Part shown: positions 29,899 through 37,970 of the stretch, piece after piece
How the letters are laid out: each line of letters opens with the position of its first letter
Position numbering within the stretch: the first letter of the stretch is position 1
NCBI GenBank assembly: GCA_044230215.1
Contig: JBGARM010000001.1
Coordinates: 1 to 37,970, forward strand
DNA length: 37,970 bases
Source of the DNA: Thermoanaerobaculia bacterium
Lineage (GTDB): Bacteria > Acidobacteriota > Thermoanaerobaculia > Multivoradales > JAGPDF01
Direction of reading: 5' to 3'
The notes under the pieces: model-generated
What the model saw: only the letters and a program-made list of their open reading frames with translations
What the model was told of the DNA's origin: nothing
Database searches by the model: none
Translations under genes and position numbers: made by a program

Positions 29899-30546
29899 AT
29901 GGCCAAGGACTATTACGTCATTCTGGGCGCGGCGCGCAACGCCACCAGGGAGCAGATCCGTGATCGCTTTCGCCAGCTGGCTCGCGAGCGTCACCCGGAC
30001 CGCTTCCAGGGAGCGGCGCGCCAGAAGGCCGAGGTCGACTTCCAGGACATCACCGAGGCGTTCAACGTCCTGCTCGACCCCAGTCGGCGCCGCCAGCACG
30101 ACCTCGAGCTGGCGCGGCCGGAGGCTTCCTCGGCGGCCAACGACGCCTCCCGCCTCGGCCGCTTCCACATGGAGGCCGGGGTGCAGTTCTATCGTGACGG
30201 CAACTTCGCCCAGGCGGCCGAAGCCTTCGAGCGGGCGATCCAGGCAGAGCCCAAGAATCATCAGGCCTGGCATCACCTGGCGCAGGCGCTCTCGCATCAG
30301 CGCCGCCACCTGGCGCGCGCCGTCGAGGCAGTCGCGCGGGCCTGTGAGCTGCAGGCGATCAACCCCGCCTACCTCAAGCTGGCCGGAAAGCTCCATGCCG
30401 AAGCGGGATTGGTGGATCGGGCCGAGCACTATTACAATGAGGCGCGAACCTGGGGTGGAGAGGATCCGATAGTCTCCAAAGCTCTGGATGAGTTGCGCAA
30501 GAGCGAGAAGAAGGGCTGGAGCGGTCTTTTCGGAAAGGGCAACTGA
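29899..30546 (+). CDS. DnaJ (J-domain) protein with C-terminal TPR repeats
   Basis: KDYYVILGAARNATREQIRDRFRQLARERHPDR (HPD motif). This is followed by TPR-like helices (GNFAQAAEAFERAIQAEPKNHQAWHHLAQAL...). Confidence 0.85.
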   Translation: MAKDYYVILGAARNATREQIRDRFRQLARERHPDRFQGAARQKAEVDFQDITEAFNVLLDPSRRRQHDLELARPEASSAANDASRLGRFHMEAGVQFYRDGNFAQAAEAFERAIQAEPKNHQAWHHLAQALSHQRRHLARAVEAVARACELQAINPAYLKLAGKLHAEAGLVDRAEHYYNEARTWGGEDPIVSKALDELRKSEKKGWSGLFGKGN

Positions 30547-31352
30547 TGCTGCGCGCTAGGGCCTGCGGTCTCTCCGATGTCGGGGTGCTTCGCAGCCACA
30601 ACGAAGACTGCTTCGAAATCGATCCCGTGCACCAACTGTTCGTCGTCGCCGACGGCATGGGCGGGCACAGCCACGGCGAGATCGCTTCGCGGATCGCGGT
30701 GCAGGCGATTCGCGAGTGCATCGCCACCGCCGGAGACGGCTCGGAAGACTCCCCCGGGGCCGGTCCTGCCGGAGTCGGCCGGCAGGGAGACCGCATCCGG
30801 AAGGCGATTCGCGTCGCCCACGACCGCGTGCTCAAGGCCATCCGCCAGGACGGTTCGCTGCACGGCATGGGCACCACCGTCGTCGGCATGGTTCTCGAGA
30901 GCGACACCATGGCCGTGGCGCACGTCGGCGACAGCCGCGCCTACCGCCTGCGAGACGGCCGGTTCGAGCTCCTGACCCAGGATCACACCTGGGTGAACGA
31001 GCAGGTCGTCGCCGGATTCCTCACCGAGGAGCAGGCGCGTGTCCATCCGCTCAAGAACGTCGTCACCCGCGCCCTGGGCGGCGACAGCGAGGTCGAAGTC
31101 GACGTGCGCGAGTGGCCGGTCCAGGTCGGCGATCTTTTCCTGCTCTGCTCCGACGGCTTGACGACGATGCTCTCCGACCCGGAGATCCTCGAGCGCCTGC
31201 GCTCGAGCTCGCGGATGGAGGAGATCTGCGGCCGGCTGGTGCGCGACGCCAACGCCCGCGGCGGCTTCGACAACATCTCCGTCGTGCTGTTGCGCATCGA
31301 GTCCGACAACGAGGCCTACAGCGACGAAGAGACCGCCGCCGGCGTCGATTGA
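30546..31352 (+). CDS. PP2C-family Ser/Thr protein phosphatase (Stp/PrpC-like)
   Basis: SDVGVLRSHNEDCF, FVVADGMGGHSHGEIAS, HVGDSRAY, LCSDGLT and GGFDNISVVLL. The ATG shares one nt with the dnaJ-TPR stop (TGATG). Confidence 0.9.
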   Translation: MLRARACGLSDVGVLRSHNEDCFEIDPVHQLFVVADGMGGHSHGEIASRIAVQAIRECIATAGDGSEDSPGAGPAGVGRQGDRIRKAIRVAHDRVLKAIRQDGSLHGMGTTVVGMVLESDTMAVAHVGDSRAYRLRDGRFELLTQDHTWVNEQVVAGFLTEEQARVHPLKNVVTRALGGDSEVEVDVREWPVQVGDLFLLCSDGLTTMLSDPEILERLRSSSRMEEICGRLVRDANARGGFDNISVVLLRIESDNEAYSDEETAAGVD

Positions 31353-31367
31353 GCGGCGGGCCGGGAC

Positions 31368-32525
31368 CTAGTCCCCGAAGCGATATCCCTTGCGCGCGGT
31401 GACTTCGAGCTCGGGGTTGGCGAGCGAGACTGCGACGTCCTGAAAGCCGCGCAGGCCCGTGAGGTGCCCGGCGCGGTAGCTCACCAGATAGTACCCGCTG
31501 GTCTCCCTGGCGACTTCGGCGATCGGCGTCCTGAAGTGCAGGACGTTGGGAAAATACCTGCCGCCGGTGTCGTCCGAGATGTGGCCCATCGCGTTGGCGA
31601 ACGGATGCGTCGCGCTGGTGTCGGTCAGGTCGAAGGTGTAGACCGCGACGTTGGCGTCGTTCAGCGACTCCGACATCGGCTCGAAGTAGCGCGGGTCGGG
31701 CTCGTACTGGTGGAAGCGGTTCATGCGGCCGAAGCCCATGGTGAAGAGTAGGAGATTCTTGCGCCCGACGAGAGGCGCCGAGGCCTCTGCCACCAGGGTG
31801 AGGGCTTCGTAGATCGTCCCGGACTGCTCGCTCATCGCGTCGCCGACCGGCAGGCCCGGGGCCAGTGCCGGCGCGCCGGGTGGCGACGGGACCTGGCGTG
31901 ACGGGACGTTCTCGCGCGCGCCCCTGCCGGTCGAGGCGGCAAGGATCGCCCGCTCGAGCGCGACGGGGTCCTGCGAGAAATCCTGAAAGACCTTGAGCCG
32001 GTTGTCGTAGCCGACGACCGCCACCCAGTCGGTCGGCGCGAGCCCGGCGCGCAGCCACTCGACGGCGTCCCGGCCGGCGCGGATCTGCCGCTGCAGCAGC
32101 ACCGGCACATCGACGCTGTGGCTGCGCTGGTCGTCGAAGAAGAAGATGAAGTAGTGCGGTGCCAGGCCGGTGTTGTCCGTCGGCGAGCTCTCCACCTCCG
32201 GGTTCTTCTCCTCGCCGGTGTAGCGGCGGTTGCTGTAGAAGACCGCCGACGTGACCTCGACCTTTTTCCCGTCTTCGGTGATCTCGAAGTCAGCGGGTCC
32301 CAGCCCGAGGATCGGATTGCCCTTCTTGTCCGTCACCATGACGTCGAGCAGGACTTCGCTCACCAGGATCTCCGCCCCGAACGGCGCGACCAGGGCCGGC
32401 GTCTCCTCGGCGGGCGCTTGCGCCCGCAGCTCTGGCGGGCTCAGGAGGGCGAGGGCGAGCGCGCCGGAAAAGCTCCAGTAAAGGGAAGTGCCGGTGCGTG
32501 TCTTGGGCTGGGAAGGTCGATACAT
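31368..32525 (-). CDS. Secreted VWA-domain protein (VWFA-related acidobacterial-type domain)
   Basis: Signal peptide. N-terminal beta-sandwich motif VSEVLLDVMVTDKKGNPILGLGPADFEITEDGKKVEV is typical of the TIGR03436-like family. This is followed by a VWA-like region. Confidence 0.82.
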   Translation of the reverse strand: MYRPSQPKTRTGTSLYWSFSGALALALLSPPELRAQAPAEETPALVAPFGAEILVSEVLLDVMVTDKKGNPILGLGPADFEITEDGKKVEVTSAVFYSNRRYTGEEKNPEVESSPTDNTGLAPHYFIFFFDDQRSHSVDVPVLLQRQIRAGRDAVEWLRAGLAPTDWVAVVGYDNRLKVFQDFSQDPVALERAILAASTGRGARENVPSRQVPSPPGAPALAPGLPVGDAMSEQSGTIYEALTLVAEASAPLVGRKNLLLFTMGFGRMNRFHQYEPDPRYFEPMSESLNDANVAVYTFDLTDTSATHPFANAMGHISDDTGGRYFPNVLHFRTPIAEVARETSGYYLVSYRAGHLTGLRGFQDVAVSLANPELEVTARKGYRFGD

Positions 32526-32595
32526 GGCTGTTTTCCTTTACTGGAATACGGTGTCGCGGGTGCCACGGTTGCGGCAAGCTCGCTCCGGACGACTT

Positions 32596-34737
32596 CTAGG
32601 CGGACGCAATCGGGTAGAAGCCGCCCCGGGCGGCGAATGTTCGCAGAGCTGCGCTCGGCGCGAGGCGCTGGCCGCGCTCGGCGGCGAGGGCTTGAAGCTG
32701 CAGGACGACATTGTCGAGTCCCTGCGCGTCGGCCCAGCGGCACAGACCGCCGCGGAACGGCGGAAAGCCGAGGCCCAGGACGAGCGCCAGGTCGAGAGAG
32801 CCGGGACCCTCGACGATGCTTTCGGCGAGGCAGCGCGCCGCCTCGTTCACCATCGGCAGAATCATGCGTTCGGCGGGCGGCGGTTGAAGCTCGGCCTGCG
32901 GCGCGAGGTTCAAGATGGCGTAGATCGCCGGGTCGGCCTCGTCGATCTCGCGGCGACGGCCGGTCGGATAGCGATAGATCCCCTTGCCGGACTTCACGCC
33001 GAGCCGTCCGCGGTCGGCGGCGATCCGGTCGATCCAGGCCGGGAACAGCAGGCGATCGGGGAAGGCCTCGTGGAGGATGTGCCCGACTTTGGCCGAGACG
33101 TCGAGCCCGACCTCGTCGGCGAGCCGCAGCGGACCCATCGGCATCCCCCAGTCGACCAGGGCGCGGTCGATCGACTCCACCCGGTGGCCTTCGTCGAGCA
33201 GCCACATCGCCTCTGCCGAGTAGAAGGCGAGCAGGCGATTGACCAGGAAGCCCGGCCCGTCGCGCACCACGACGGGGGTCTTTCCCAGGCGGCGGGCGAA
33301 GGCGGTCGCAGTGCGCACCGCCGTCTCCCCCGTCAGGCTGCCGGCGATGACCTCGACCAGCGGCATCCTGTCGACCGGGTTGAAGAAATGCATGCCGACG
33401 ATACGCTCGCGGCGCGTGGCGAGCCGGCCGATGTCGTCGATCGCGAGCGACGAAGTGTTGGTGGCGAGGATCGCGGTCGGCGCGAGGCGGCGTGAGAGCT
33501 CGGCGAAGAGCTCCTGCTTGACGGCGAGATTCTCGACCACGGCCTCGACGACGAAGTCGCAACTCTCCAGGCCGGCTGCCTCGAGCGTCGGCTGGAGGAG
33601 CCCCATCTTGCGCCGCATCGCGGCCGGCTGGAGGCGCCGGCGGCGGACCTGCCGGTCGAAGAGCGCTGCGGCGTGCTGCAGGGCGGCCGAGATGGCAGCG
33701 GGCTGGATGTCCTGGAGGCGCACCGGCAGGCCGGCCTTGTCGGCCATGACCTGGGCGATCCCGCCGCCCATGACGCCGGCGCCGAGGACGGCCGGGCGGC
33801 GGATCGGGAGCGGTGGCAGCGCGTCGGCGGGGCCATCCTTCTTGGCCGCTTCCATGAGCCCGAAGAGGTGGATCAGGTTCTTGGCCGTCGGCGAGGTCGC
33901 GAGCACGCGCACCGCCCGAGCCTCGGCGTCGAAGCCGGCGAACGGCCCTTTCTCCACGCCGACACGCACCACTTCGAGTGCCGCGAGCGGCGCCGAATAG
34001 CGGCCCTGGGTAGCGCTCGCCGTCCGCTTGCGTGCCTGATCGAACAGGAACCACCGTCCCGCGGGCCCTTCGACGAGAAGCCGCTTGAGGCCCCCGGGCG
34101 GCCTGCGAGAGGGGCGCCGGCGCCCGACCTTTCCGCGCGCGAAGTCGCGCACGTGATGGAGGAAGCCGGCCTCGGGGTAGAGCGCGTCCGCCAGGCCTAT
34201 GCGCAGCGCCTGCCTGGCAGAGACCGCCTTCCCAGCCAGGATGATGTCGAGCGCGGCGACCAGGCCGACCCGGCGGGGCAGGCGAACGCAGCCGCCCCAG
34301 CCCGGCAGGATTCCGAGCTTGATCTCGGGCAGGCCGATGCGCAGGTCCTCGCGGTCGGCGATGACGATGTAGGTCGAAGCCAGGGAGAGCTCGGTGCCGC
34401 CACCGAGGCAAGTCCCAGAGACCGCCGCGACGGTGGGGAAGGGAAGGCTCTCCCAGGAGGCGAAGAGCCGGTGACCGTAGCGCGAGCCGTTTTCGGCATG
34501 CTCGGGATCGGTGACGCCGGCGATCTCCGCGACGTCGGCGCCGGCGATGAACATTCCGGGCTTGGGCGACACCAGCACGAGGCAGCCGATGTCGTCCCGG
34601 CCGGCCAGCTCGACGAGCAGTTGGTCGAGCTCGGCGAGCGCTTCGCGGGTGAAGATGTTCGCCTTCCTGCCCGGCAGATCGAAGGTCAGCGTCGCGAGGT
34701 GGTCCTCTCCGACCTCGAGGTGGAACGCCTGCGCCAT
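32596..34737 (-). CDS. fadJ: Multifunctional fatty-acid oxidation enzyme: enoyl-CoA hydratase / 3-hydroxyacyl-CoA dehydrogenase (FadB/FadJ type)
   Basis: 713 aa. N-terminal crotonase fold (GMFIAGADVAEI, GGGTELSLA). Central Rossmann motif AVLGAGVMGGGIA. 3-HCDH motifs (HFFNPV, PGFLVNRLL). Confidence 0.92.
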   Translation of the reverse strand: MAQAFHLEVGEDHLATLTFDLPGRKANIFTREALAELDQLLVELAGRDDIGCLVLVSPKPGMFIAGADVAEIAGVTDPEHAENGSRYGHRLFASWESLPFPTVAAVSGTCLGGGTELSLASTYIVIADREDLRIGLPEIKLGILPGWGGCVRLPRRVGLVAALDIILAGKAVSARQALRIGLADALYPEAGFLHHVRDFARGKVGRRRPSRRPPGGLKRLLVEGPAGRWFLFDQARKRTASATQGRYSAPLAALEVVRVGVEKGPFAGFDAEARAVRVLATSPTAKNLIHLFGLMEAAKKDGPADALPPLPIRRPAVLGAGVMGGGIAQVMADKAGLPVRLQDIQPAAISAALQHAAALFDRQVRRRRLQPAAMRRKMGLLQPTLEAAGLESCDFVVEAVVENLAVKQELFAELSRRLAPTAILATNTSSLAIDDIGRLATRRERIVGMHFFNPVDRMPLVEVIAGSLTGETAVRTATAFARRLGKTPVVVRDGPGFLVNRLLAFYSAEAMWLLDEGHRVESIDRALVDWGMPMGPLRLADEVGLDVSAKVGHILHEAFPDRLLFPAWIDRIAADRGRLGVKSGKGIYRYPTGRRREIDEADPAIYAILNLAPQAELQPPPAERMILPMVNEAARCLAESIVEGPGSLDLALVLGLGFPPFRGGLCRWADAQGLDNVVLQLQALAAERGQRLAPSAALRTFAARGGFYPIASA

Positions 34738-36564
34738 CTAGTGGGCGCCTCCGGCATCGCCGGCGGCGTAGAGGCGGTCGAGGATCGCCTTGTACTTGAC
34801 GTTTATCACCCGGCGCTTCACCTTCAGCGTCGGGGTGAGCTCGCCTCCTTCCAGCGTGAATTCGGCCGGCACCGCCTCCCAGACGCGAATCTGTTCGTAG
34901 CGCGCCAGGTGCTCGTTCACCGCCTCGATCTCGGCTTGCAGGATGGCCCGCAGCCGCGGGTTCTGCAGCTGCTCTGCGATCGTCCCGCCGAGCCGCTCGC
35001 TTGCGGCCCAGGCCTTGAGGACTTCGAAATCAGGCACGATGATCGCGGCAAGATACTGCCGGCGATCGCCGATCACGACCGCCTGCGAGATCCAGCGGCG
35101 CGCCTTGAGGGCGTTTTCGATCGGCGCCGGGGCGATGTTCTTGCCGTAGGCGTTGACGATGAGCTCCTTCTTGCGGTCGGTGATCACCAGAAAGCCGCCG
35201 TCGTCGAGATGGCCGATGTCGCCGGTGTGGAACCAGAACCAGCCCTCGCCGTCGATCGCCTCGGCGGTGGCTTCGGGCTTGCCGTAGTAGCCGCGCATGG
35301 TGTTCGGCCCGCGCGAGAGGATCTCTCCATCTTCGGCGATGCGGACCTCGATGCGCGGCATCGGCCTGCCGACCGTGCCCAGTCGCGTGGCGCCGCGCGC
35401 ATTCACCGAGATCACCGGCGAGGTCTCGGTCAGGCCGTAGCCCTCGTAGATCGGAATGCCGGCTCCCCAGAAGAACTCGGCGACATCGCGTCCCAGTGGG
35501 GCGCCGCCCGACATGGCGAAGACGAACCGGCCGCCCAGACGTTCGCGGATCTTCGAGAAGACCAGGCGATCGGCGATCTTCACCTTGAGACCCGCAGGCG
35601 CGAACGCCAGGCGCTGCGGCAGCGCCTCGCGGCCCACTCCCATCGCCCAGTGGAAGATCCTCGCCTTGAGGCCGCCCGCTGCGGTGGCGTTCTCGAGCAC
35701 TCGCGCCATGACCTTCTCGTAGACCCTGGGCACGGCGACGAAGACGTGCGGCTTCACTTCGAGGAGGTTCGCCGCCACGGTCTGCACCGATTCGGCGTAG
35801 GCGATGGTGATGCCTTTGTAGAAGAAGCAGTAGTCGACCAGGCGCTCGAACGAGTGCGACAGCGGCAGGAAGGAAAGGGCGGTGAAATTTCCCTCGAGAC
35901 CCAGCACCTCGCACCCCGTGACGGCGTTCGAGACCAGATTGTCGTGGGTCAACATGACGCCCTTCGGGTCGCCGGTCGTGCCGCTGGTGTAGATCAGGGT
36001 GGCGAGGTCCTCGGGCTTGGCGTGCGTGGCCATTTGCTCGATCCAAGCCTGATCGGCTCCGGCGCCGCGCGCCATGAAGTCTTCGAGACTCTCCACTCCG
36101 GCGTCGTCGCCGCCGCCCGGAGCGTCCGCGTCACTCCCGGCGCCCGCTGCGCCGGCGTCGATGGCGACGATGTGTTCGATCGCGGGCATCTCGCCGCGCA
36201 CCGCCAGGAGTCCTTCGAGCCGCTCGCGCCCCTGGACGAAGAGGACTTTCGAGCCGCTATCGCGGGCGACGTAGGCCGCCCCCTCGGGGAGCAGGGTCGG
36301 GTAGATCGGCACCAGCGCCGCGCCGACACAAAGGGTCGCGAAGTCGACCGCGGGCCAGTGGGGGCCGTTTTCGGCCATCAGCGCGACGCGGTCGCCCGGG
36401 CGCACGCCGCTTTCAACCAGCGCCTTGGCGATCTGCCGCACCTGCCGCGCCAGCTCCTGGGTCGAAACCGCGACATAGCGGCCGCCGACTTTGTGCATCA
36501 GGCAGGCTGGCTTGTCGAAGCCAGCGACGACGAGAAAGAGCTCGGAAAGCGTACGAATAGCCAT
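34738..36564 (-). CDS. fadD: Long-chain-fatty-acid--CoA ligase (AMP-forming)
   Basis: ATG 36564 preceded by AAGGAG. AMP-binding motif LIYTSGTTGDPKGVMLTHDN. GYGLTETSP, TGDIGHLDDGGFLVITDRKKELI and KVKRR. Its stop abuts the fadJ start. Confidence 0.9.
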   Translation of the reverse strand: MAIRTLSELFLVVAGFDKPACLMHKVGGRYVAVSTQELARQVRQIAKALVESGVRPGDRVALMAENGPHWPAVDFATLCVGAALVPIYPTLLPEGAAYVARDSGSKVLFVQGRERLEGLLAVRGEMPAIEHIVAIDAGAAGAGSDADAPGGGDDAGVESLEDFMARGAGADQAWIEQMATHAKPEDLATLIYTSGTTGDPKGVMLTHDNLVSNAVTGCEVLGLEGNFTALSFLPLSHSFERLVDYCFFYKGITIAYAESVQTVAANLLEVKPHVFVAVPRVYEKVMARVLENATAAGGLKARIFHWAMGVGREALPQRLAFAPAGLKVKIADRLVFSKIRERLGGRFVFAMSGGAPLGRDVAEFFWGAGIPIYEGYGLTETSPVISVNARGATRLGTVGRPMPRIEVRIAEDGEILSRGPNTMRGYYGKPEATAEAIDGEGWFWFHTGDIGHLDDGGFLVITDRKKELIVNAYGKNIAPAPIENALKARRWISQAVVIGDRRQYLAAIIVPDFEVLKAWAASERLGGTIAEQLQNPRLRAILQAEIEAVNEHLARYEQIRVWEAVPAEFTLEGGELTPTLKVKRRVINVKYKAILDRLYAAGDAGGAH

Positions 36565-36593
36565 GAATTCGACTCCTTCGTGAGGCTTTTCGG

Positions 36594-36624
36594 ATTGTAC
36601 CGGAGGAAGCGCTTGACCGGTCAG
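36594..36624 (-). promoter_or_regulatory. Candidate promoter for fadD-fadJ
   Basis: On the minus strand, TACAAT (36599-36594) lies about 30 nt upstream of the fadD ATG. The -35-like CTGACC (36624-19) has a long 19-nt spacer and lies inside the palindrome TGACCGGTCA. Confidence 0.3.
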
Positions 36625-36642
36625 GCGTCGCGAAGGTATTCT
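36613..36642 (+). promoter_or_regulatory. Candidate promoter for tRNA-Pro
   Basis: TTGACC (36613-18), an 18-nt spacer, then TATTCT (36637-42), about 70 nt upstream of the tRNA. Confidence 0.3.
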
Positions 36643-36713
36643 CCCGACTCTTCGCGGAGTTCCTCCGCAATCCGTCGCGATCCCGAGGCGACGGCTGTCG
36701 CAGCGCTTCAAAA

Positions 36714-36790
36714 CGGGGCGTAGCTCAGCTTGGTAGAGCGCACGGTTCGGGACCGTGAGGCCGGAGGTTCAAATCCTCTCGCCCCGACCA
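36714..36790 (+). tRNA. tRNA-Pro (anticodon CGG), CCA encoded
   Basis: Hand-folded cloverleaf. Acceptor stem CGGGGCG/CGCCCCG. D stem GCTC/GAGC. Anticodon stem CACGG/CCGTG with loop TTCGGGA. T stem GGAGG/CCTCT with loop TTCAAAT. Discriminator A followed by CCA. Confidence 0.93.
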
Positions 36791-36879
36791 TTTCCCTCCT
36801 CTGTTTCCCCTTTTTCCAGGGAATTCGCAGCGCATCCGCTGGTAGGATCCGGTCCAAATTCAGGCGCCGGGGAGCCGAC

Positions 36880-37970
36880 ATGAGCGGATTGGCAGCGTTT
36901 TTCGAGCAGGCGAGGAGCGGGTTCTCCCGCACCTTCTGGATCGCCAACATCATCGAGCTCTTCGAGCGCCTGGCCTACTACGGCTCGAAGGCGATCCTGG
37001 CGGTCTATATCGCCGAGCAAGTCGGCCTCGGACCCGGAAAGGCCGGCTTCCTGGTCGGCAGCCTGTTCAATACCCTGCTCTATTTCCTGCCGCCCCTCGC
37101 CGGCACGGTCGTCGACCGCTACGGCTTCAAGAAGAGCCTGCTCGCCTGCTTTTCGATCTTCAGCGTCGGCTACTTCCTGATCGGCCTCGGCGGCCTGCCG
37201 CAGGGCAAGCCGCTGGTCGACGCGCTCGGCGGGGCGACCTACATGATCGTGGCGTTGGTGATCACCGCGATCGGCGGCTCGCTGATCAAGCCCTCCATCG
37301 TCGGCACCGTCGCCCGCACCACGACGCCGGAGACCAAGTCGCTCGGCTACTCCATCTACTACACCCTGGTGAACCTGGGCGGCGCCATCGGTCCGCTGCT
37401 CGCGCTGCAGGTGCGCGAGAACCTCGGTATCGCTTACGTCCTGGTGATGTCCTCCCTGGTCAGTTTCTGTCTCATCGCCGGCACGCTGTTCTTCTTCCGC
37501 GAGCCGCCGCGGCCGGCGGACGCGCCGCCGCCGAAGTCGATGGCCAAGGTCTTGGCCGACATGTTCACGGTCTTCCGGGATCTCAAGTTCATGACCTTCC
37601 TGGTGATCTTCTCCGGCTTCTGGATCATGTTCTGGGAGATCTTCTACGCCCTGCCGTTCTACGTCCGCGACGTTCTGCACTTCGAGAAGTTCGAGATCAT
37701 CGAGACCGTCGATGCCTGGACGATCATCCTGATCACCATCCCGGTCACCGCGCTCGCCAAGCGGTTGAAGCCGCTCTCGGCGATGACCCTCGGATTCGCG
37801 ATCGCGTCGGCGTCGTGGTTCCTGATGGGAGCCATCCCGACCCTCACCGTGACGATCGCGGCGATCGCGGTCTATTCGATCGGCGAAGGGCTGCAGGCGC
37901 CGCGCTATTACGAGTACGTGGCCGACCTCGCGCCCAAGGAGCAGGTGGGGACCTACATGGGCTTCGCCTT
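36880..37970 (+). CDS. POT/PTR2-family proton-dependent oligopeptide transporter (MFS), 3' end outside the window
   Basis: Not in the supplied ORF track because there is no stop in the window. ATG 36880 preceded by GGGGAG. My own translation gives MSGLAAFFEQARSGFSRTFWIANIIELFERLAYYGSKAILAVYIAEQ... (ExxERFxYYG-type PTR2 motif). Later ...SIGEGLQAPRYYEYVADLAPKEQVGTYMGFA. ATG 37591 is in the same frame. Confidence 0.85.
   Translation, partial: MSGLAAFFEQARSGFSRTFWIANIIELFERLAYYGSKAILAVYIAEQVGLGPGKAGFLVGSLFNTLLYFLPPLAGTVVDRYGFKKSLLACFSIFSVGYFLIGLGGLPQGKPLVDALGGATYMIVALVITAIGGSLIKPSIVGTVARTTTPETKSLGYSIYYTLVNLGGAIGPLLALQVRENLGIAYVLVMSSLVSFCLIAGTLFFFREPPRPADAPPPKSMAKVLADMFTVFRDLKFMTFLVIFSGFWIMFWEIFYALPFYVRDVLHFEKFEIIETVDAWTIILITIPVTALAKRLKPLSAMTLGFAIASASWFLMGAIPTLTVTIAAIAVYSIGEGLQAPRYYEYVADLAPKEQVGTYMGFA

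Noticed and set aside
33673-36723. 1016-aa plus-strand ORF antisense to fadJ/fadD
   Set aside because: The composition is low-complexity (Arg/Asp/Gly/Ala-rich) with no recognisable motifs. The opposite strand encodes two proteins with unmistakable family signatures.
36714-36900. tRNA-Pro as an integration hotspot or genomic-island boundary
   Set aside because: There is no integrase and no visible direct repeat of the tRNA 3' end. The flanking genes (fadD and a POT transporter) are ordinary housekeeping-type genes with the same GC-rich composition.

Overview
Very GC-rich bacterial chromosomal window, almost entirely coding. I saw no rRNA, CRISPR array, transposase or integrase. An acidobacterial-type VWFA-related protein together with ACIII and caa3 respiration suggests Acidobacteriota or a neighbouring lineage; this is inference only.

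Layout:
(1) 1-2179: partial amidohydrolase, a secreted ricin-type lectin and an esterase.
(2) 2429-15672, + strand: a 12-gene respiratory operon (actABCDEF, an unassigned single-TM ORF, SCO1, and caa3-type coxBACD), followed by an HD hydrolase.
(3) 27039 down to 15669, - strand: one long, tightly packed gene string. In order it carries an RmlD-like SDR, Gmd, Rmd, a third SDR, a fused prenol-kinase/DUF92 protein, a GT-C (GT39) glycosyltransferase, a ChlG/DGGGPS-like UbiA prenyltransferase, vapB, vapC, Leu/Val/Phe dehydrogenase and a PabB-PabC fusion.
(4) 27127-31352, + strand: a helical-repeat protein, a RodZ-like protein, a paralogous helical-repeat protein, a DnaJ-TPR protein and a PP2C phosphatase.
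(5) 36564 down to 31368, - strand: fadD, fadB/J-type multifunctional enzyme and a VWA protein.
(6) tRNA-Pro(CGG) and a 3'-truncated POT-family transporter that is absent from the supplied ORF track.

Most of the long ORFs in the track are GC-driven antisense or run-on shadows. Many real genes start at GTG or TTG and overlap the preceding stop by 1-8 nt.

Best candidates for undescribed biology:
- The prenol-salvage (VTE5-like + VTE6-like fusion) / UbiA / GT-C / GDP-6-deoxyhexose cluster.
- The pair of paralogous repeat proteins bracketing rodZ.
- A vapBC module apparently translationally chained into a metabolic operon.

All functional calls come from motif recognition by eye; no database search was run.
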